From contig OX597828.1 in NCBI GenBank assembly GCA_951406725.2, positions 4,526,001 through 4,590,000 of the forward strand: 64,000 nt of DNA, in the 5' to 3' direction. A program made the position numbers and the translations under genes. The notes beneath the pieces are model-generated. The model saw only the letters and a list, made by a program, of their open reading frames with translations, was not told the origin of the DNA and searched no databases. Source of the DNA: Octopus vulgaris (lineage: Eukaryota). This document shows, one piece after another, positions 1-15,162 of the stretch (positions within the stretch are counted from its first letter, which is position 1; each line of letters begins with the position of its first letter).

Positions 1-92
1 GCTATTTGACTGAAGCGAGAAGACCCCAAATGACTTGAAAGCCATAATATACCGACTGGAAAACAGCGTCGCTAGGTGAGGCTGGCTGACAC

Positions 93-260
93 ATAAGTAC
101 CTATTTCTTTACTACCCACAAGGGGCTAAACAGAGAGAGGACAAACAAGGACAGACAAACGAATTAAGTCGATTATATCGACCCCAGTGCATAATTGGTA
201 CTTATTTAATCGACCCCGAAAGGATGAAAGGCAAAGTCGACCTCGGCGGAATTTGAACTC
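93..260 (-). mobile_element. tRNA-derived SINE family A, 5'-truncated copy
   Basis: Reverse complement matches the 38355-38590 copy (B-box GAGTTCAAATTCC, body GTCGACTTTGCCTTTCATCCTTTCGGGGTCGAT, tail GCCCCTTGTGGGTAGTAAAGAAATAGGTA). Confidence 0.9.
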
Positions 261-939
261 ACCATCGCTGATTGACAGGTAGGCCAAGGTAGCGGTTTCG
301 TTCATAGCGTCCCCTTCTCCTCGTTCAAAGGCTTGTACCACCAAGCAGCCGGTCTTCTCTGACTGCTGGAACTAAAACTAACACGACACTATTGGAAGAC
401 AGGTTTAGAGAGGGCGCGGGCTAAAACTACGCGCCCTTCCCCTCCATTAGTCAGTTGAAGTTTATACAGTATCACGTGACAGTTAACTGGTGCTGGCTGC
501 TGAAGTCTACCGGCTTTAAAGGGAAATTTGGCAGGATGGTCAGTCGCCCGCTGACGTTCGTTGACGCTGCATCGAAGAAACCAAAGAACAGAAGAAAAAG
601 GAATAATGAAGAACGGCACTCAACAACACAGCTGAAGACACCTCCGAAAGTGGGGTCCCCGCCACGTTGAAAACAGTAGAGGAGCAGCGGCTGAAACAGG
701 ACGTGGTTCCTCCTGATGATGTCTTTAACCACTGGACGTTTGGTGGTAGCGAACCACGAAACAACAAAAATTATATTTTGAAAAAAAAAAAAAGTTATTT
801 GCATGTGAGTTTGCGAACACATCAACCAAAACTCGATCCAGTACACATGTATAAATAGCATGTCTGACTTAACATACTCATACAGATGTATGTATATATT
901 TATTTATATACTGTACATAAACTTGTATGTAAATATATA

Positions 940-1460
940 CCGTAAATGCTCGAGTATAATCCGCATTTTTTCCCCAAAATGTAAAGGTCAAAATCCCTAG
1001 TGCGTACTATATACAAGGTTCAAAATGAAAAATATTTTCTAAGCAATGTCCAAGTCTCTATTTGCTGTCCGGCAATGTTTATTCAGACGTATTTTGAGGT
1101 GTCGGGCGCTAAGCCTTAAGCTAATCCTGAAACAATGAAATCATAAAAGAATCATCCATACCTTGCAGTAAGCAACATTTATTACAAAAAAAAGTAATGA
1201 GAACACAGAATAACATTTAACAAACACAATTTGCAAACATATTTACATTCCCATATAGCAGTTAAGAACATCACCATTATTGTATTACGCATGCGCAGAA
1301 GTGTTTGTTCGACTAGCTGCTGCTAGCTTAATTACACACACTACTCAAGTTAGAGAATGGGTGTGCATTATACACAAGGTTTAAGTTTTTCAGTAGTATA
1401 GCCCCTTAAATATCCCCTGCGTATTATACTCAAGGGCGGACTATACTCGAGGATTTGCGG
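940..1460. mobile_element. Non-autonomous Tc1/mariner-superfamily MITE with Tc2/pogo-like CCGTA termini
   Basis: TIRs CCGTAAATGCTCGAGTATAATCCGC (940) and GCGGACTATACTCGAGGATTTGCGG (ends 1460) differ at 3 positions. TA on both sides (938-939, 1461-1462). Subterminal GYRYATTATACWCAAGG-like repeats near 1000, 1360 and 1417. Confidence 0.85.
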
Positions 1461-2591
1461 TATGTATATACGTATATATATGTGAGTGTGTGTATATTAT
1501 ACATATATGAATATCATATGTCACCACATAGACATGCATATGTATGAGTATCTGTGCGCGCATCTATATAGTAATATATGAAATGTTTTCGTTCATCTCT
1601 CACTGTTTTCTTATGTGATACATTCTCATATTTGCTGTCACATGTTTTAATTGCCAATTTTGTGTCTTGTTTTGTATATATTTTGAACTTTAAATTGGGA
1701 AAACAGTAACAGAAACCCATTCAAAAACATAGTGTTGAATGTAATTCAGCGGTGAGGGCAAATGTGAAATGTCTAATCGAGCGTTAGAGCGTTAACTTTG
1801 ACGAAATTCAATAGCGTTAACTTTTTAAAAGAAGTACGCCTCTGGGTATTTACTTTATCAGTTTATTCTTCTGTGTTTTAGATATAGTACTACGTTGTAG
1901 TATGCGCATATCACTTATTTGTATTCGTCGCCAACTGCCCATCATTCCGTTTTGGTTTGGTTATTCGTTGAGCACTGGCAAGAAAAGATGGATCCATCTT
2001 AACAGCGGTAAAGTTTTAGTAGAACACCGCTTCTGGACGTGCATTGCTGCTTCTTTCGTATTGCAATTGTCTGAGGCTCACAGAACGAATTTCACCGCTG
2101 TTTCTTTCTCCTTTATTCCTTATTTATTGCTTTAGCTCTGAACGAATATCAGAATTATTCCTTTCCACGGTTTCGGAGTAATGAAGTTGTCGCCTCTTTT
2201 ATTAAAGTAATTTAAATACTGTGCATTCGATGTTTGCTTTACACACGTTTGTGTGTAGATTGTATAACCATTATATTTTATGATATATAATCGAGGAACC
2301 GAGAAAACAGCAATGTGCATATGTATAGAGGATTTGAAGAGATTAGATGGTACATGTGGTTAAAAATTTATTCAAAGTTCTGGAGTTCAAGTATAAAGAT
2401 ATGGTAGTCCACGTGTTTACATTTTACTGCACGTTTTGCTGTGACGGCGTATCTGAGAGAAGCTAGGAAAAAAGACTCGGTTTCTTAAATTGACTTATAG
2501 TAAGCGACACTTTTCCTTCGTATTCTGGCGTATTCTTAACTCCTGCTTCGTGTTGATCTGCCTTCTTAGTTCAGCTCGATATCACACATTC

Positions 2592-2592
2592 A

Positions 2593-2670
<78 letters not shown>
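2592..2670. repeat. (ATT)n microsatellite at the 3' end of a Dong-like element
   Basis: Pure ATT run directly abutting the LINE 3' UTR. Confidence 0.95.
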
Positions 2671-2671
<1 letters not shown>

Positions 2672-3886
2672 TCTCTTTATCACATGTTTCGTTGGAGATC
2701 CTGGAGCGTTACATGCATAGCGGGCTTGCTACTTGTAGTCTACAATGTCATGGTAGCCATTTTTTTCAGCTACCTTTCCTGATTATTCTGGCTGTGCCAA
2801 GGAGGTAAAACATTTGTTCTACTGGGCACTCTATTCCAATATCACTTATATTCCGTTTGATGCCTTCTGAGATTTTTCCCAAGGACACAAAAGTGATTGG
2901 CGCTATCTTCATCTTCATCATTTTCCATAGCCGGGGTTTGTAATCAAGAGGTTTGTATTTATCTATCTTTCCGCCTTCCTTCTTGACTTATTCGTGGGCC
3001 AAAGGGGCATACAACATCAACTATATAGCATATGTGTTTATTCTTACCCACTGCCACTAGATCCGGTCTGTTATTCTCTAGCACCTGATCTATTGAGATT
3101 GAGAAATCCCAGAAGATTTTTGCTAGTCTCCGACTCCGCAACTCAATGCGGTTGTGCTCATACCACGTCTTGCTTCTGTCTAGCCTCCACTTTTCGCACA
3201 GTTTCTTAATGTAGCAATTTCACTACTTGTTCGTGTCGCCACAACTTATAGTTGTTTGGGGCAAGTCTAGAGCATTCGCTGGTGATATGGGAAATGGTTT
3301 CGCCCACTCTATTGCACAGCCGAGACACTTGCTCATTTCTTAGTTTGACCTTCAGTTCGTGGGCAAAGCTTGGGCTTGCGCTACCAGTACAGTGCTCTCC
3401 ATCTGCCTCAAGCATTCCCTCGTATATATATCTGGATTCAAGTTGAATTCACCATTTCACCACATGACAACCACACGCCTTCTCTTCTGAAAAGCTTTCC
3501 TAGTTTCATCAACATCTTTGCACTCCATCTAAATATAATTGGAGAAAATCCGCTCAGACGAGACTTTCCAATTCTGACTCAGTGTTTGTGAATAGCTTCA
3601 GATCATCCATGAACAACATGTGGTTCAGTTTTACCTTACGTCTTCCCAGATCATAACCCAACTTTGTTTCCTGTAGAATTTCACTCGAGGTGATCGTTCC
3701 CAGCACGAAGATCAGTGGGTACACACTACCCCACCGGAAGATACCTCTTTTGATTTCCACCTCTCCTAATGCTTGACTCCCTGCTATCACTTACGTTCTC
3801 CAGCATTTAATGCTATTCCTTAAAAGGCTACTCAGATTTTCTGCCATTCTATACATTTCCATTGTTTCTATTATCCAGGACCGTGG
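2671..3886 (-). mobile_element. 5'-truncated, degenerate R4/Dong-clade non-LTR retrotransposon (RT C-terminus, CCHC knuckle, restriction-like endonuclease)
   Basis: Minus-strand ORF pieces: IKRGIF...NHMLFMDDLKLF (RT), RLCNRVGETISHITSECSRLAPNNYKLWRHEQV (knuckle + RHD-like), KIFWDFSI...NNRPDLVAV...IVDVVCP (PD..D RLE). (TAA)n on both sides. Confidence 0.9.
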
Positions 3887-3925
3887 TTATTCTTATTATT
3901 ATTATCATCATCATTATTATTATCA

Positions 3926-4002
<77 letters not shown>

Positions 4003-4043
4003 TTTTATTATTATTATTATTATTATCATCATCATCATCATCA

Positions 4044-4096
<53 letters not shown>

Positions 4097-4138
4097 TTAT
4101 TATTATTATTATTATTATCATCATCATCATCATCATCA

Positions 4139-4209
<71 letters not shown>

Positions 4210-4225
4210 TTCTTCATCATCATTT
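3887..4225. repeat. Compound (ATT)n/(ATC)n microsatellite
   Basis: Seen directly; it produces the poly-Y/I/N ORFs. Confidence 0.95.
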
Positions 4226-4809
4226 AATACAGTTTGATTCAGCACTTTGCGATTTCTTATAGAAACCTAGCTCGTCAGACTTAGTTAATCAATTGAAGTC
4301 CACGAAGGAAGTCCAAGATTGCTATGGGAAATTGGGCTGTCATCGATCAACGCTGACATCTATGATCAGGAAGTTGGTGGCTCCTTCGTGTCTGGCCGGT
4401 TTTTAAAGTGTCTTGCAGGTGAGGGGTGTATGTGCATATAGCAGATATGTGAGTGTCTGACGCCTATGCGTGTGCTTCTGCTATGCCTTGGAGTGTATAT
4501 GTGTGTGTGTGTGTGCAGGGGAGGTACACATATGTATAAGCTGGTGTGTGAATGGGAACTTATGGGATCAGCTCATTGGTGCGTTTGTGCGTGTTTGCTA
4601 GGCTGTGTGTACGTAAAGGTGCAGGTGCATACTAGCCATATGTGAGTATTCGTGTCCGCGTAGTTTGAGTTAGAAGGAAAAAGTGAATAAAATATTTAGG
4701 TCAATATATAATTTCATTTACAATCTACATTTTTCAATTACTCATACACACACGCGCGCGCGCATATGTATCTGAGTGAAAACGTTAGTTGGTAAATGAA
4801 ATTATATAT

Positions 4810-4852
<43 letters not shown>

Positions 4853-4920
4853 CATACATTCATATATATATATATATAAATATAAATATACAAATATGTA
4901 TATATATATATATACATACA

Positions 4921-4959
<39 letters not shown>

Positions 4960-4962
<3 letters not shown>

Positions 4963-5470
4963 GTTAATTCGAGGATTAGGGATTATATAATCAACGTTAT
5001 TCCACTGGTTTAATCCTCGTCATATATTGCAAGAATCAACGGTATATGTAAAGGGTTATTGAAATTATCGATACTGAGGGAAAACGTAAAGAAGAAAATG
5101 GAGAATAAATGGATGTTTACAAACTTATTTGAAATTGTTTGAGAAATAATACATTACAAACAACTTGTTTGGAATTTGAGTTGAAAAGCTCAAAGAAAAA
5201 TAATTGAAGATAAAAAGGAAAAAGATCCAACATATATGTTTCATTCCTGTCATGTAGTTGATGGGAATTTCCAGACATTTTGTTTAATGGCAAGAAAGTT
5301 ACTACATTCTAATTATATTATGGTAGGACTTCGTCGTATATAGCTCATGCAACTTAGGCAATCATCATAAAATGATTTCCTATTTTTTAAAAATGTCATC
5401 TTTTAGTAATATACAAATACTTTTGTAAATACATCCAGTTATTCTCCATTTTCTTCTTTATATTTTCCCT
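4960..5470 (-). mobile_element. PLE-type terminal fragment with inverted duplication and degenerate hammerhead
   Basis: About 5077-5135 is inverted at about 5408-5470 (GGGAAAA..AAAGAAGAAAATGGAGAATAA.TGGATG). Minus strand 5340-5227 reads ACGACGA-helix II-GAAA-CATATATG-TT. Flanked by (TA)n. Confidence 0.55.
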
Positions 5471-5864
5471 ATATATATATATATATATATATCTATATAT
5501 ATATAATTTTTAGTTGAATTAGGTATTATTCGCACAGGTCTAAGTTGAATAAAATCAAAATAAGCAACACGATATCAAATAGTAATGCAGTACGATCGTA
5601 TCAAGCGGCTCAATTTAATTTAACAATGCAATCATTGCATCAGTTTAAATGCAGTGCGATCATCAGCTGCACAAATAAATAAAATTTTAACCACTTGGAC
5701 ACATTAATATAATGTTTTCCAAGTACTTTAACAGACCAGGAAGATGGAAGGAATGCATATCGCTATTGTAGCTAAGAATTTATTACACTTCCAAGAATTG
5801 CGCGAAGCCCACTGAAGTCATAGCTTGTAAAGGATTGTGGTTCAATTCTGATTCATTTTTCTCT

Positions 5865-5915
<51 letters not shown>

Positions 5916-7147
5916 GCCACAGATAATGCTGAAGGATTATCAATCTCGGCTAATTGCTTCATACACTCTCTTTTGACAGCTCAGGCTAACAATGTTATTT
6001 ATATTAGTGAAGAACTTCAGGTATACTTGTGACAGAGTTCAAAGTATTGGTTCGTCACGGTTCTATATTGTAATCACGTGGATGGCCTCCATACAATCTG
6101 GTCTTTACACAGAGTTATATATAAAAACAAGTTAAAGATAATATTTTTAACTTGTTTATACACACACACAAGTATATATATGTATGTAAATGTATAACTG
6201 TATAAGATAGTTGGGAAGAGAACTTATTTATTCAGACAAATATTTTATTCACTTGTTATAATTCTACAGAACTTGAGTTCGAACTTGGTTATTGAGAGAT
6301 ATTTTGAATGAAAATTTCTTGATAAGTACATCAACATAAATGCTTAGATTTCAAGAGAGACGGAGAGCAAGAGTATATGTGAGAGAGAGAGAGAGACAGA
6401 GACAGAGAGAGAGAGAGACAGAGACAGAGAAGAGAGGAGGGAGGGACAAAGAGAATGAGTGAGCGAGAGGAATAGAGAGAGAGAGAGAGAGTGAGACGAT
6501 ATTCGCTCCAACCATATACACAACTTTACATCATTAAAGAAAATACTTTTTTGCTGGCTTTGAAGTATTTTACAACAACAGACTCTAGAATAGAGAGAGG
6601 CTTTAAGCAATATTCTCTTTAACAATTATTTCAAGTACAAATATACACGTTTATTACTATTTATGTATACAATACATGAAATAATACGTAATTATCCCAG
6701 ACACATCTTTCAAATGATATGGCTAGATGACAACTCACTCATTCGAAGTTATCATACTTATTTAATGCATGATATAACACATTTTTGTTTATTTCTTCTT
6801 GTTAGAGTTTCAAGTAGAAATGTCTTAATAGATTTCAAAAGAGAAAATGTATAAGAACAACAAAAAATGACGTTTCTTTAATTAAATATTATTTATTGCG
6901 ATAAAGATGATTTTTTTTCTCATTCTTAGGAAATATTATTTGTTTCTTAATGAACATTATTCACATTATTCCAAACTACTTAACAAAAATATGAATGTAA
7001 CAACAAAAACCTCATTGCAAAGATTCTTCAGTCAATCACATTTGATAAATGCACAATTAGATCCAGGCAATTTTCAAATATAATAAAGCTTATGTCACTG
7101 TCCACACAGAACACATTTGTTTTTACTCTACTGTGTATATATGTATG

Positions 7148-7187
<40 letters not shown>

Positions 7188-7265
7188 AATATAAATAAAA
7201 ATTTATATATACATATGTGTGTAGAAATGTTTACATATATATGTAACTATATATGTACATATATA

Positions 7266-7314
<49 letters not shown>

Positions 7315-7374
7315 CACATATATATATGTGTGTGTGTATATATATATACATATATATACATTTACATATGCATA

Positions 7375-7406
<32 letters not shown>

Positions 7407-7618
7407 CATATATATACATATGTACATATATATACATATATACATATATAACCATACATATATATATGCAAAGTTAGATAGAAGGATAGGCATATGGGTG
7501 GATGGATGGTTGGATGAATGGATGGAGGGATATGCATAGGTAGTTATGCATGTTTGTGTGAGTTTATATATACGTATAAGCTTACACAATAATGTATAGT
7601 TATATGTATACGTAAGTA

Positions 7619-7651
<33 letters not shown>

Positions 7652-8186
7652 GTGTATGTATGTATTTATGCATGTATATGCATACATACACACATCTATA
7701 TTTACATATATATTTACATATATATATACACACACGTTCATACATAAACAAAGAGACTAAAGCACACAGGGGCAAATATGCAAGCATATAAATATAAAAC
7801 GCACGAATATAACATACCTGCATACGCAAAATAATGTTTCGTTGTTAGCATAGATACATGCGATACATACTTTGATGCAAACATTGCATTCATGTAAAAT
7901 AGTCATAAATAAGCATAAGAAACGTGAACGTGTGTATGTTCGTGTTTCTCTGTGTATCTCAGTTTTTCTCTGTACGTGTATGTTTCACCTAATAACGTTG
8001 AGAATATTTTTCTTCTTTCAATCACTGACAATTAATGCATTGTGTCATTATGTTGTCGTTAGAGCCTAAGGGGAATCATTAACAAATGCAGTAAACTGTG
8101 GCATAACAATCCATTAGACATACTTTTAATTATATCACACGAACTACCCACTTAACCACATTTCATCAACTTTCTGATATACATAC

Positions 8187-8219
<33 letters not shown>

Positions 8220-8356
8220 ATTCGCGCGTGTGTGTGTGTATACATGTATACGTAAATATATGCATTTACACATATATATATATATTTATATATACATACA
8301 TTCTTATATAGATGTATATATTTATACACGCGCACGCACACGTACACACACACACA

Positions 8357-8393
<37 letters not shown>

Positions 8394-8518
8394 GTACATA
8401 TATATGTGTGCGTGTGTGTAAACAGGTATATTTGATATATACATACATACGTACATATACATGCAAACACACGGACACTTTCACTCTCACACACACATAT
8501 ATATGTATACATACACAA

Positions 8519-8561
<43 letters not shown>

Positions 8562-9552
8562 AATACATACATACATTTCTACATTCTATATCTGCATGAA
8601 TGTATGCGATATATTTGTTTCTTTAACGTTTGTCAGAATACATACTACTTTGAGATGTTTATATCTTTAATATTATCTCGAAATAAATACACCAACTTAT
8701 AATGAAGGGCTATTCAATTTAAATAGGAAACGGGTAGTTCAATATGTTATGCAGGGAAACGGAATTGTACAGTAAAAAACAAAACAACAAAAGACAAAAC
8801 ACAAACTCAATTTCCTCTTGAAACAGATACTTTATTTGCACTATTAGCAATTATAGAAGCAGACCTGTTGTTTTAAAACATATATAAATTAATAACCTGT
8901 TTAGAACAGCAAATAATGGTGTGAATCAAACTGCAACAGCGTAGCTTCTGATGCTTTTGAAATCTAGATATCTGATAAAATTCACTAGACAATAGAAATC
9001 AAGTAAACAATTCTTTGTTTATGTTCTAGAAAGACAAAATGTTTTTTTAAAAAACCAAAAAAAAAAACCCAACAAAAATAGTGCCTGCTACAAGTGGTCG
9101 TGCTGAAATCAGTCTTATTGTGTGAATGATTTCATGAGACATATTTAGGTATACAAACTCTGAGAGGTATTGAATTAATGGACCTAAATTTCTTGCTCCA
9201 AGTACCCTTGATTGTCTCCGACAAGAAAGAAATCAAGAATGTAGAGTCATAAAGGGAGAGTATTTATTGAGTAGATGACCTTAGAGTATATTTCACTGTA
9301 ATTCTGCTTAGATACGCATAAGTATCATGATTTATTATGTCGAGTATTTTAGAGCATTTTATATAATAAACTTGGTGCTGAAAAGTCCTATTTAGATTAG
9401 GAAAACGTACGCATTGTGTACTATATAATTTGATTGCCATGAAACTATACCTCAAGAGAAATGAAACATTTAATACACAAACACAGTTGCATAAGTAAAT
9501 ACATCCATACTTGTATACATACATGTAATATTTATTCTCATACATATATGTA

Positions 9553-9605
<53 letters not shown>

Positions 9606-11049
9606 TGTATATGCATATGCACATATATGTGTGTGTGCTTCAGTGTGTGTGGGTGTGTGTGTATCTATATACCTACCTACATACATATATGTATATACAC
9701 AACCTATTCGTTAAACTTCAAGCAAGATAAACCTGAAGATTGCTTAGAACGTGAAACACTGCAATTTGTTTCAAGTCTCCGTTATTCAATAGCATGATGT
9801 GGTAGGAGCTTCAAGGAAATAGAAATTTTGAAAGGGAATCCCATTTTTTCATCTTACCTTTATTTTAAAGGCTTATTATTGCTTTAACTTATCGCTATGC
9901 TAGAATTAAGAAACGTTTTGAGAAACTGAAGCTATTGTTATGAGTTGACTATGCCATTTTTATTATTGACGATTAAAATAAGAGAAATAAAGATTTGAGG
10001 AAGTATATTTAATTCCTGGGTCTGTTGTGCGCACGAACTTGTATCTCAGTTGAAAATGAATGAAATATTTAACCATTTTTTGAGAACTTACTAAAAAATT
10101 AGACTTTGAATAGCATTAGTATCGATGAGCGTGTTAGAAATAATTGAAATTGTTTAATCACCTCATGATGTAGAATAAAGACCAAACAAATTTGATAATC
10201 ATATTCATGAAATTTTATGTAATAAAACTTATTACTGACAAGGAAGGTGAAGTTCGAAACTCTCTATAATACTGTTATTATTAGAACTACAAACTGTAAG
10301 TTCAAGGCGGATATAGACCTTGGTCATAAAAATGTATCTCACAGACACATTTTTCAGGAAACAAATTTGTAGTTTTTGAAGAGAAGTCGATTAATCTTAT
10401 ATCTATCGAATGGTTTTATCACTCGTTGTCAATATATCTCTTTACATGAGTAATATGAATGTCATAACGTTCCATTTCTTATTAAATACGAATATACTTT
10501 GTGGGAAACACGCATGAAATTGTTATTTGGTCATAAAGCATATGATCAGTTGACTTTCAAATAATCTTGACACGCATGTGCACACACAATCACACGCTCA
10601 CACCTACACACATATTTATGCATATATGTGTGCATCTATGCTGTATGCGTGTGAGTGTGAGTGTGCGTGTGTGTGTATATGTAAATATATAAAAGTTTTA
10701 TGTGTTTTCACGTTTAAATTAATCCACATTCTTTCATGTGAATCAGATTTATTACAGTTTGAATATTGATATTATAATATAACTATGCTGTAAGTTATTG
10801 GATTTGGAAAAAAAATTGCTCATACATGTACATCATCAACTTTCTGATACCGATTCATCGTGTACAATAGCGAAATGCATGTGCAATAACATATTGTTGA
10901 TTTGAAATATTCAATATTTGAAGAGAAAGGTCAATTGTGACTGTAAAAAAAAACTCACTAATCACTAAGGGTTCTGCAGTCACCGTTCTGAAAAGTCAGT
11001 TGCTGCAAGAAGATGAACAACATTTTATTTCAATCACTAAGGATCACTG

Positions 11050-11320
11050 TTCACCATCTGACCATGTTCTCTCTTCTCTCACCATCGTTTCTTGCTACCA
11101 TAGCTACCATAATGGTCACTGTACCTCGTAGATAGATGGAATCACACTTGCTCTACTCAGATACTCCCAAATGTCTCGTTAAACCATCTGCGGTGACACT
11201 TCCTGTCCCACTATTCAGATATCTTCCGTCATTGGCCATCTGGAATGTCCTCACTCATCACGTGTTGACTTGCAACTTTTTAAAGGAATATTAATGGGAT
11301 TGAGATCACCAGCTTGTCCT
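11050..11320 (+). mobile_element. Old CR1/L2-group LINE 3' fragment
   Basis: Translates across frames to CYHSYHNGHCTS ... IWNVL ... LQLFKRNIN-like, the usual C-terminal motifs of CR1-Zenon-type ORF2. Confidence 0.5.
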
Positions 11321-14300
11321 ATCCTGTTCAGTTCTTTAGACTAAGTAAGTAAGCAACTAACGTAAAACAATTTACAATGTTTCCAAATAGCAATTCACTT
11401 GCTCCGCCTTTTCCAATCAACAATTATAAATGTCATAACAGAAAATTAACATGAATTAAACTGTTGTGAAAGGGTAAACATAACCATGACACAGGTGTTT
11501 ATTAAGGATAATATCTTTATTAAGGAGAATATTTTAATGAAACCTGACGGTATAACCTTTCTTTTGTAATATGTTTTTCTGTATTTTTAAGAATTGCCCG
11601 TAATCAATCAATTTTACATTCCAGTGACTGCTCTTTCGATCAATTGTTCTTGTACGTTCACCTATTTTGGCCTACTTGTATTTCGAGCAACTGTTCAGAT
11701 ATATGGACACTAAACCTATTGCAACACAGGGGCTAGCACCAAATGATGGTACCTTAAGTATTAACTAGTTAACAGGATTTGATTGGCAATTAAGTAAGTC
11801 AAATTTAATAGGGTTAAAATCTGCGTCCACAAAAGTGAAGATAAGAATAATTTATATAAATGGTAACTGCGAATACCTCTATGAGACTGCATAGAATGAA
11901 ATATTCCCACTCAAACATTTCAATCATGATGTGTATTTGGAATACGATTTGTGATTAAATTGACAATTAGTGTAATAGATTTACTATTTTTATACCTGCT
12001 CTTGCAGAGAGAAGCAAACTATTACTGTGTGGACATTTTAATACTTTCAACTATAAATCGATCTAATAACTAAGGTATGAAAATTGCCTCTTACACTTAT
12101 TTTGACTTCTATTAACCTACCATCTGTTCTGCTCTTCTGCTTTGATAGAAAATATTCTCTCAATCCATATGTAAATATAACGACAAGGTTGAATTTATGG
12201 ATTAAAATTAGGCTACACTTAGTTCATATAAAGATAGGTGACACGCAATATAAGACGCATTACATTATATATATATATATATATATGCTCATGTTTTGTG
12301 TTCTATTTTCCTGTTATTATCATGAAATATCTATGTATCTATGTATCTATCTATCTCCGTTTCTCTCTCTATCTCTCTCTCTTCATACATAAATACATAC
12401 ATACATGCATGTATACATACCCAGATAACCTGGGGAGTGGTATGAAATGTAAAATAATCATAGGTCTATGTTTCGGAATGTATTAAGCAGACCATCAGTG
12501 TGCCTGACAGCATAGACTTAGAAAGAGAATGAGAAATTTTAAAGAAATATAATAAGCTTTTGCTCCAAAATAATTGACATTAATTATATTGTGGTACACT
12601 GTCTGACAAAAATTTGGGAGTGTACTTCGGTGGGTTCTTATAAATTCAAGCGTTCACATGCACGAATTTTTTTATTGATAGTGAGATAAACATAAGGTGG
12701 TTAAACCATGAATGGTTGTAGATATCATAATGATCTTGACATTTTCCCTAGACAAATCAATATGTATCAATTAATACCTACTGATGATTATCATTTGCTT
12801 TGTACTGTTATAGTAAAACTTATCCATCTATATGAGATTGAAATACTAGACATCACACTGAAATGTTTAACACATACATACAAGCAGATAAATAAATAAA
12901 TGAATAAAAAGATCGCATCAATAGAAAGTTGCATAATTCAAGATTGAGCAGTAATAAAAATGTGAAATATTTGAAGACAAATATAGCTTGAAGTAGAGTG
13001 TTATAAGAATAGACATTTATTCATAGTGATCCCAGTTGCAAGTGAAAATTTATAATATGGCTTCACACGCAGGACAATTAATTACACTCGTAACCGAGGA
13101 TTTCTGAATATTCATAAGTGTTCGTCTTCCAAGTAAAAATCTATTGACTTCAGGTCTTTCATTACAATTACCATATACTCTCTTATTTACACAGTTCCCG
13201 GGGTCTTAGTAAGTTAATTAACATCAGCCGCACGAACATCACTTAGAAAGTCTTCAAGGCTGGCTAATTTTAATTCATCAATTTTGACGTTAGATAGTGC
13301 TAATATAGGTTATTGTGCTAATAGCAGGTCATAATGATACCATTTCCTGGAACGATTTTCTTCACCACAAATGATTATTCAGTCTCGCCATGGGTCGGAC
13401 GTAAGCTTAATTACCGTCTGCTTTAGGGTTAGGGTTAAGTTCAAATAATGGCAGAATTACTTATAGGTGATCGTTTAAAGTTTAAGAAGTAGTAACAGTA
13501 AATCAATATATTCGAAATAGTTTTATCAGTGCTATTTCTCTAATGTTCATTCTGGTTATATGGAAGTTCTATACTCGCTTGCATCGAGGCATCTCTTTAA
13601 TATAGTTAGTTTTATGTGAGTAGCGTATATATTCGGGGACATTAAGGAATTGCATCTGTGGAGATTGTAAATCTACGCATATAAGAAAATGTAATCTCTT
13701 GTATTACAGAAATGTGTCATATAACATCTTCGGAATTGTAGAGCTGTTGATTAACTCTTTATATTTTGAACCGGAATCTCGAACACGATTTGGTATTATT
13801 TTTCCAAGCTACCGGTTTGTGCCTGGCCTTAATTGAAAGTCAGACTAGTCGACCATAACCATCCAGCGCAGAATATTGACTAAGCACTGTTGAATATTCT
13901 CAATTTATTTATTTATTTGTTACACTTTTATAGCAATGTTCCACTTAAGGGTGACACTTTTGTGCTACAATGGCAAAGGTATTAAGTGCTGGCAATGGCA
14001 AGTGTATCAGGTAAAAATGAACACACACACACGCAATATACTAATGATATGCATAAACGCTATCAATGTGGCTTAATAGTGTTACTGTGTGTATAAATAT
14101 ATTTGCAATTAAATATTATTTAATTTCAGTCGTATCCTATTTTGGAGATCATAATTACTGCAAAGAAACTTTAGCAACTTTGAGAAATTAGGGGTGCTTT
14201 GTGGTGTTTACACATATTAGAAGTAGCAACCAAATTTCCTGAAAATCCTACCTATAGTCCCAAGTGGTGGGCATATTGGATATGAATTCGGCTCCACTGC

Positions 14301-15064
14301 ACAAAAAGAAAAACACTCCAAGATACACTTACGCTATATATTGAAAACGAAATCATGTGTCAATATTTTTGTGCTTGAAAAAATTTTCAATATCAAAAAA
14401 GAGCTTAGTTACGATAAGTTATGTTTAAATGATGACTAAATAAGTGGTTAGTGGGTTATATGCATCATTATATGAAAGGTTAAAACTGGTTATTTCAGAC
14501 TTACTATTCTTAGCGTCAGTAGGAGAAAAAGCTAACATCGTAGGATCCAACATAAAATTTTAATTCAAGAAGTAATCTGGATATACTGGGAAGAGTTAAA
14601 TTAAAGACAGAGGAAGGTTGTATGACAAATAAATCTTACGTGAGTATAATTTACAAAGCAAGAATCTATGGATAGAATATAAACTCATCCAACGTAATCC
14701 AGGTGCATTAAAAACGATACAAGAATCGTTTAATCATGAAAAAGTGACACTAATTACAAGCATTTTCTAAATTCTTAGCTATCACTGCTTACATTAAACC
14801 TCACAGATACTGGATTATATGAGGCCAACAAATTCATAATGTATTGAGATAAGATAACAGAAAGATTTTAAAATTGGTTTATGGACATTGAGAATGTTTT
14901 CGCACGCATGAATCTATGAATGTCTATGATATATACATGCATAAAAATATACATAATCATACACACCTATATTTCTATCTATCTATCTATCTGTCTATAC
15001 ATATATACATATATATATACATATACATATATACTTATATACATAGACATATACATATATAGAT

Positions 15065-15101
<37 letters not shown>

Positions 15102-15162
15102 CATATATATACCCATAAATAAATAAATGGAGTTGAACGCATATGTTGTTCAAATTCTTTTA

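Noticed and set aside
3810-4262. Long poly-Y/I/N/L ORFs, and the many YI/CV/HT/RE dipeptide ORFs across the window
   Set aside because: They are translations of microsatellites with no coding signature.
4226-4420. Possible LINE C-terminus on the minus strand (AILDFLRGLQLIN*) before the TAA tract
   Set aside because: Too short and frame-broken to assign.
13422-13437. TTAGGGTTAGGGTT telomere-like words
   Set aside because: Only two units. Such words are common in Helitron-like repeats or by chance, and no element ends were found.
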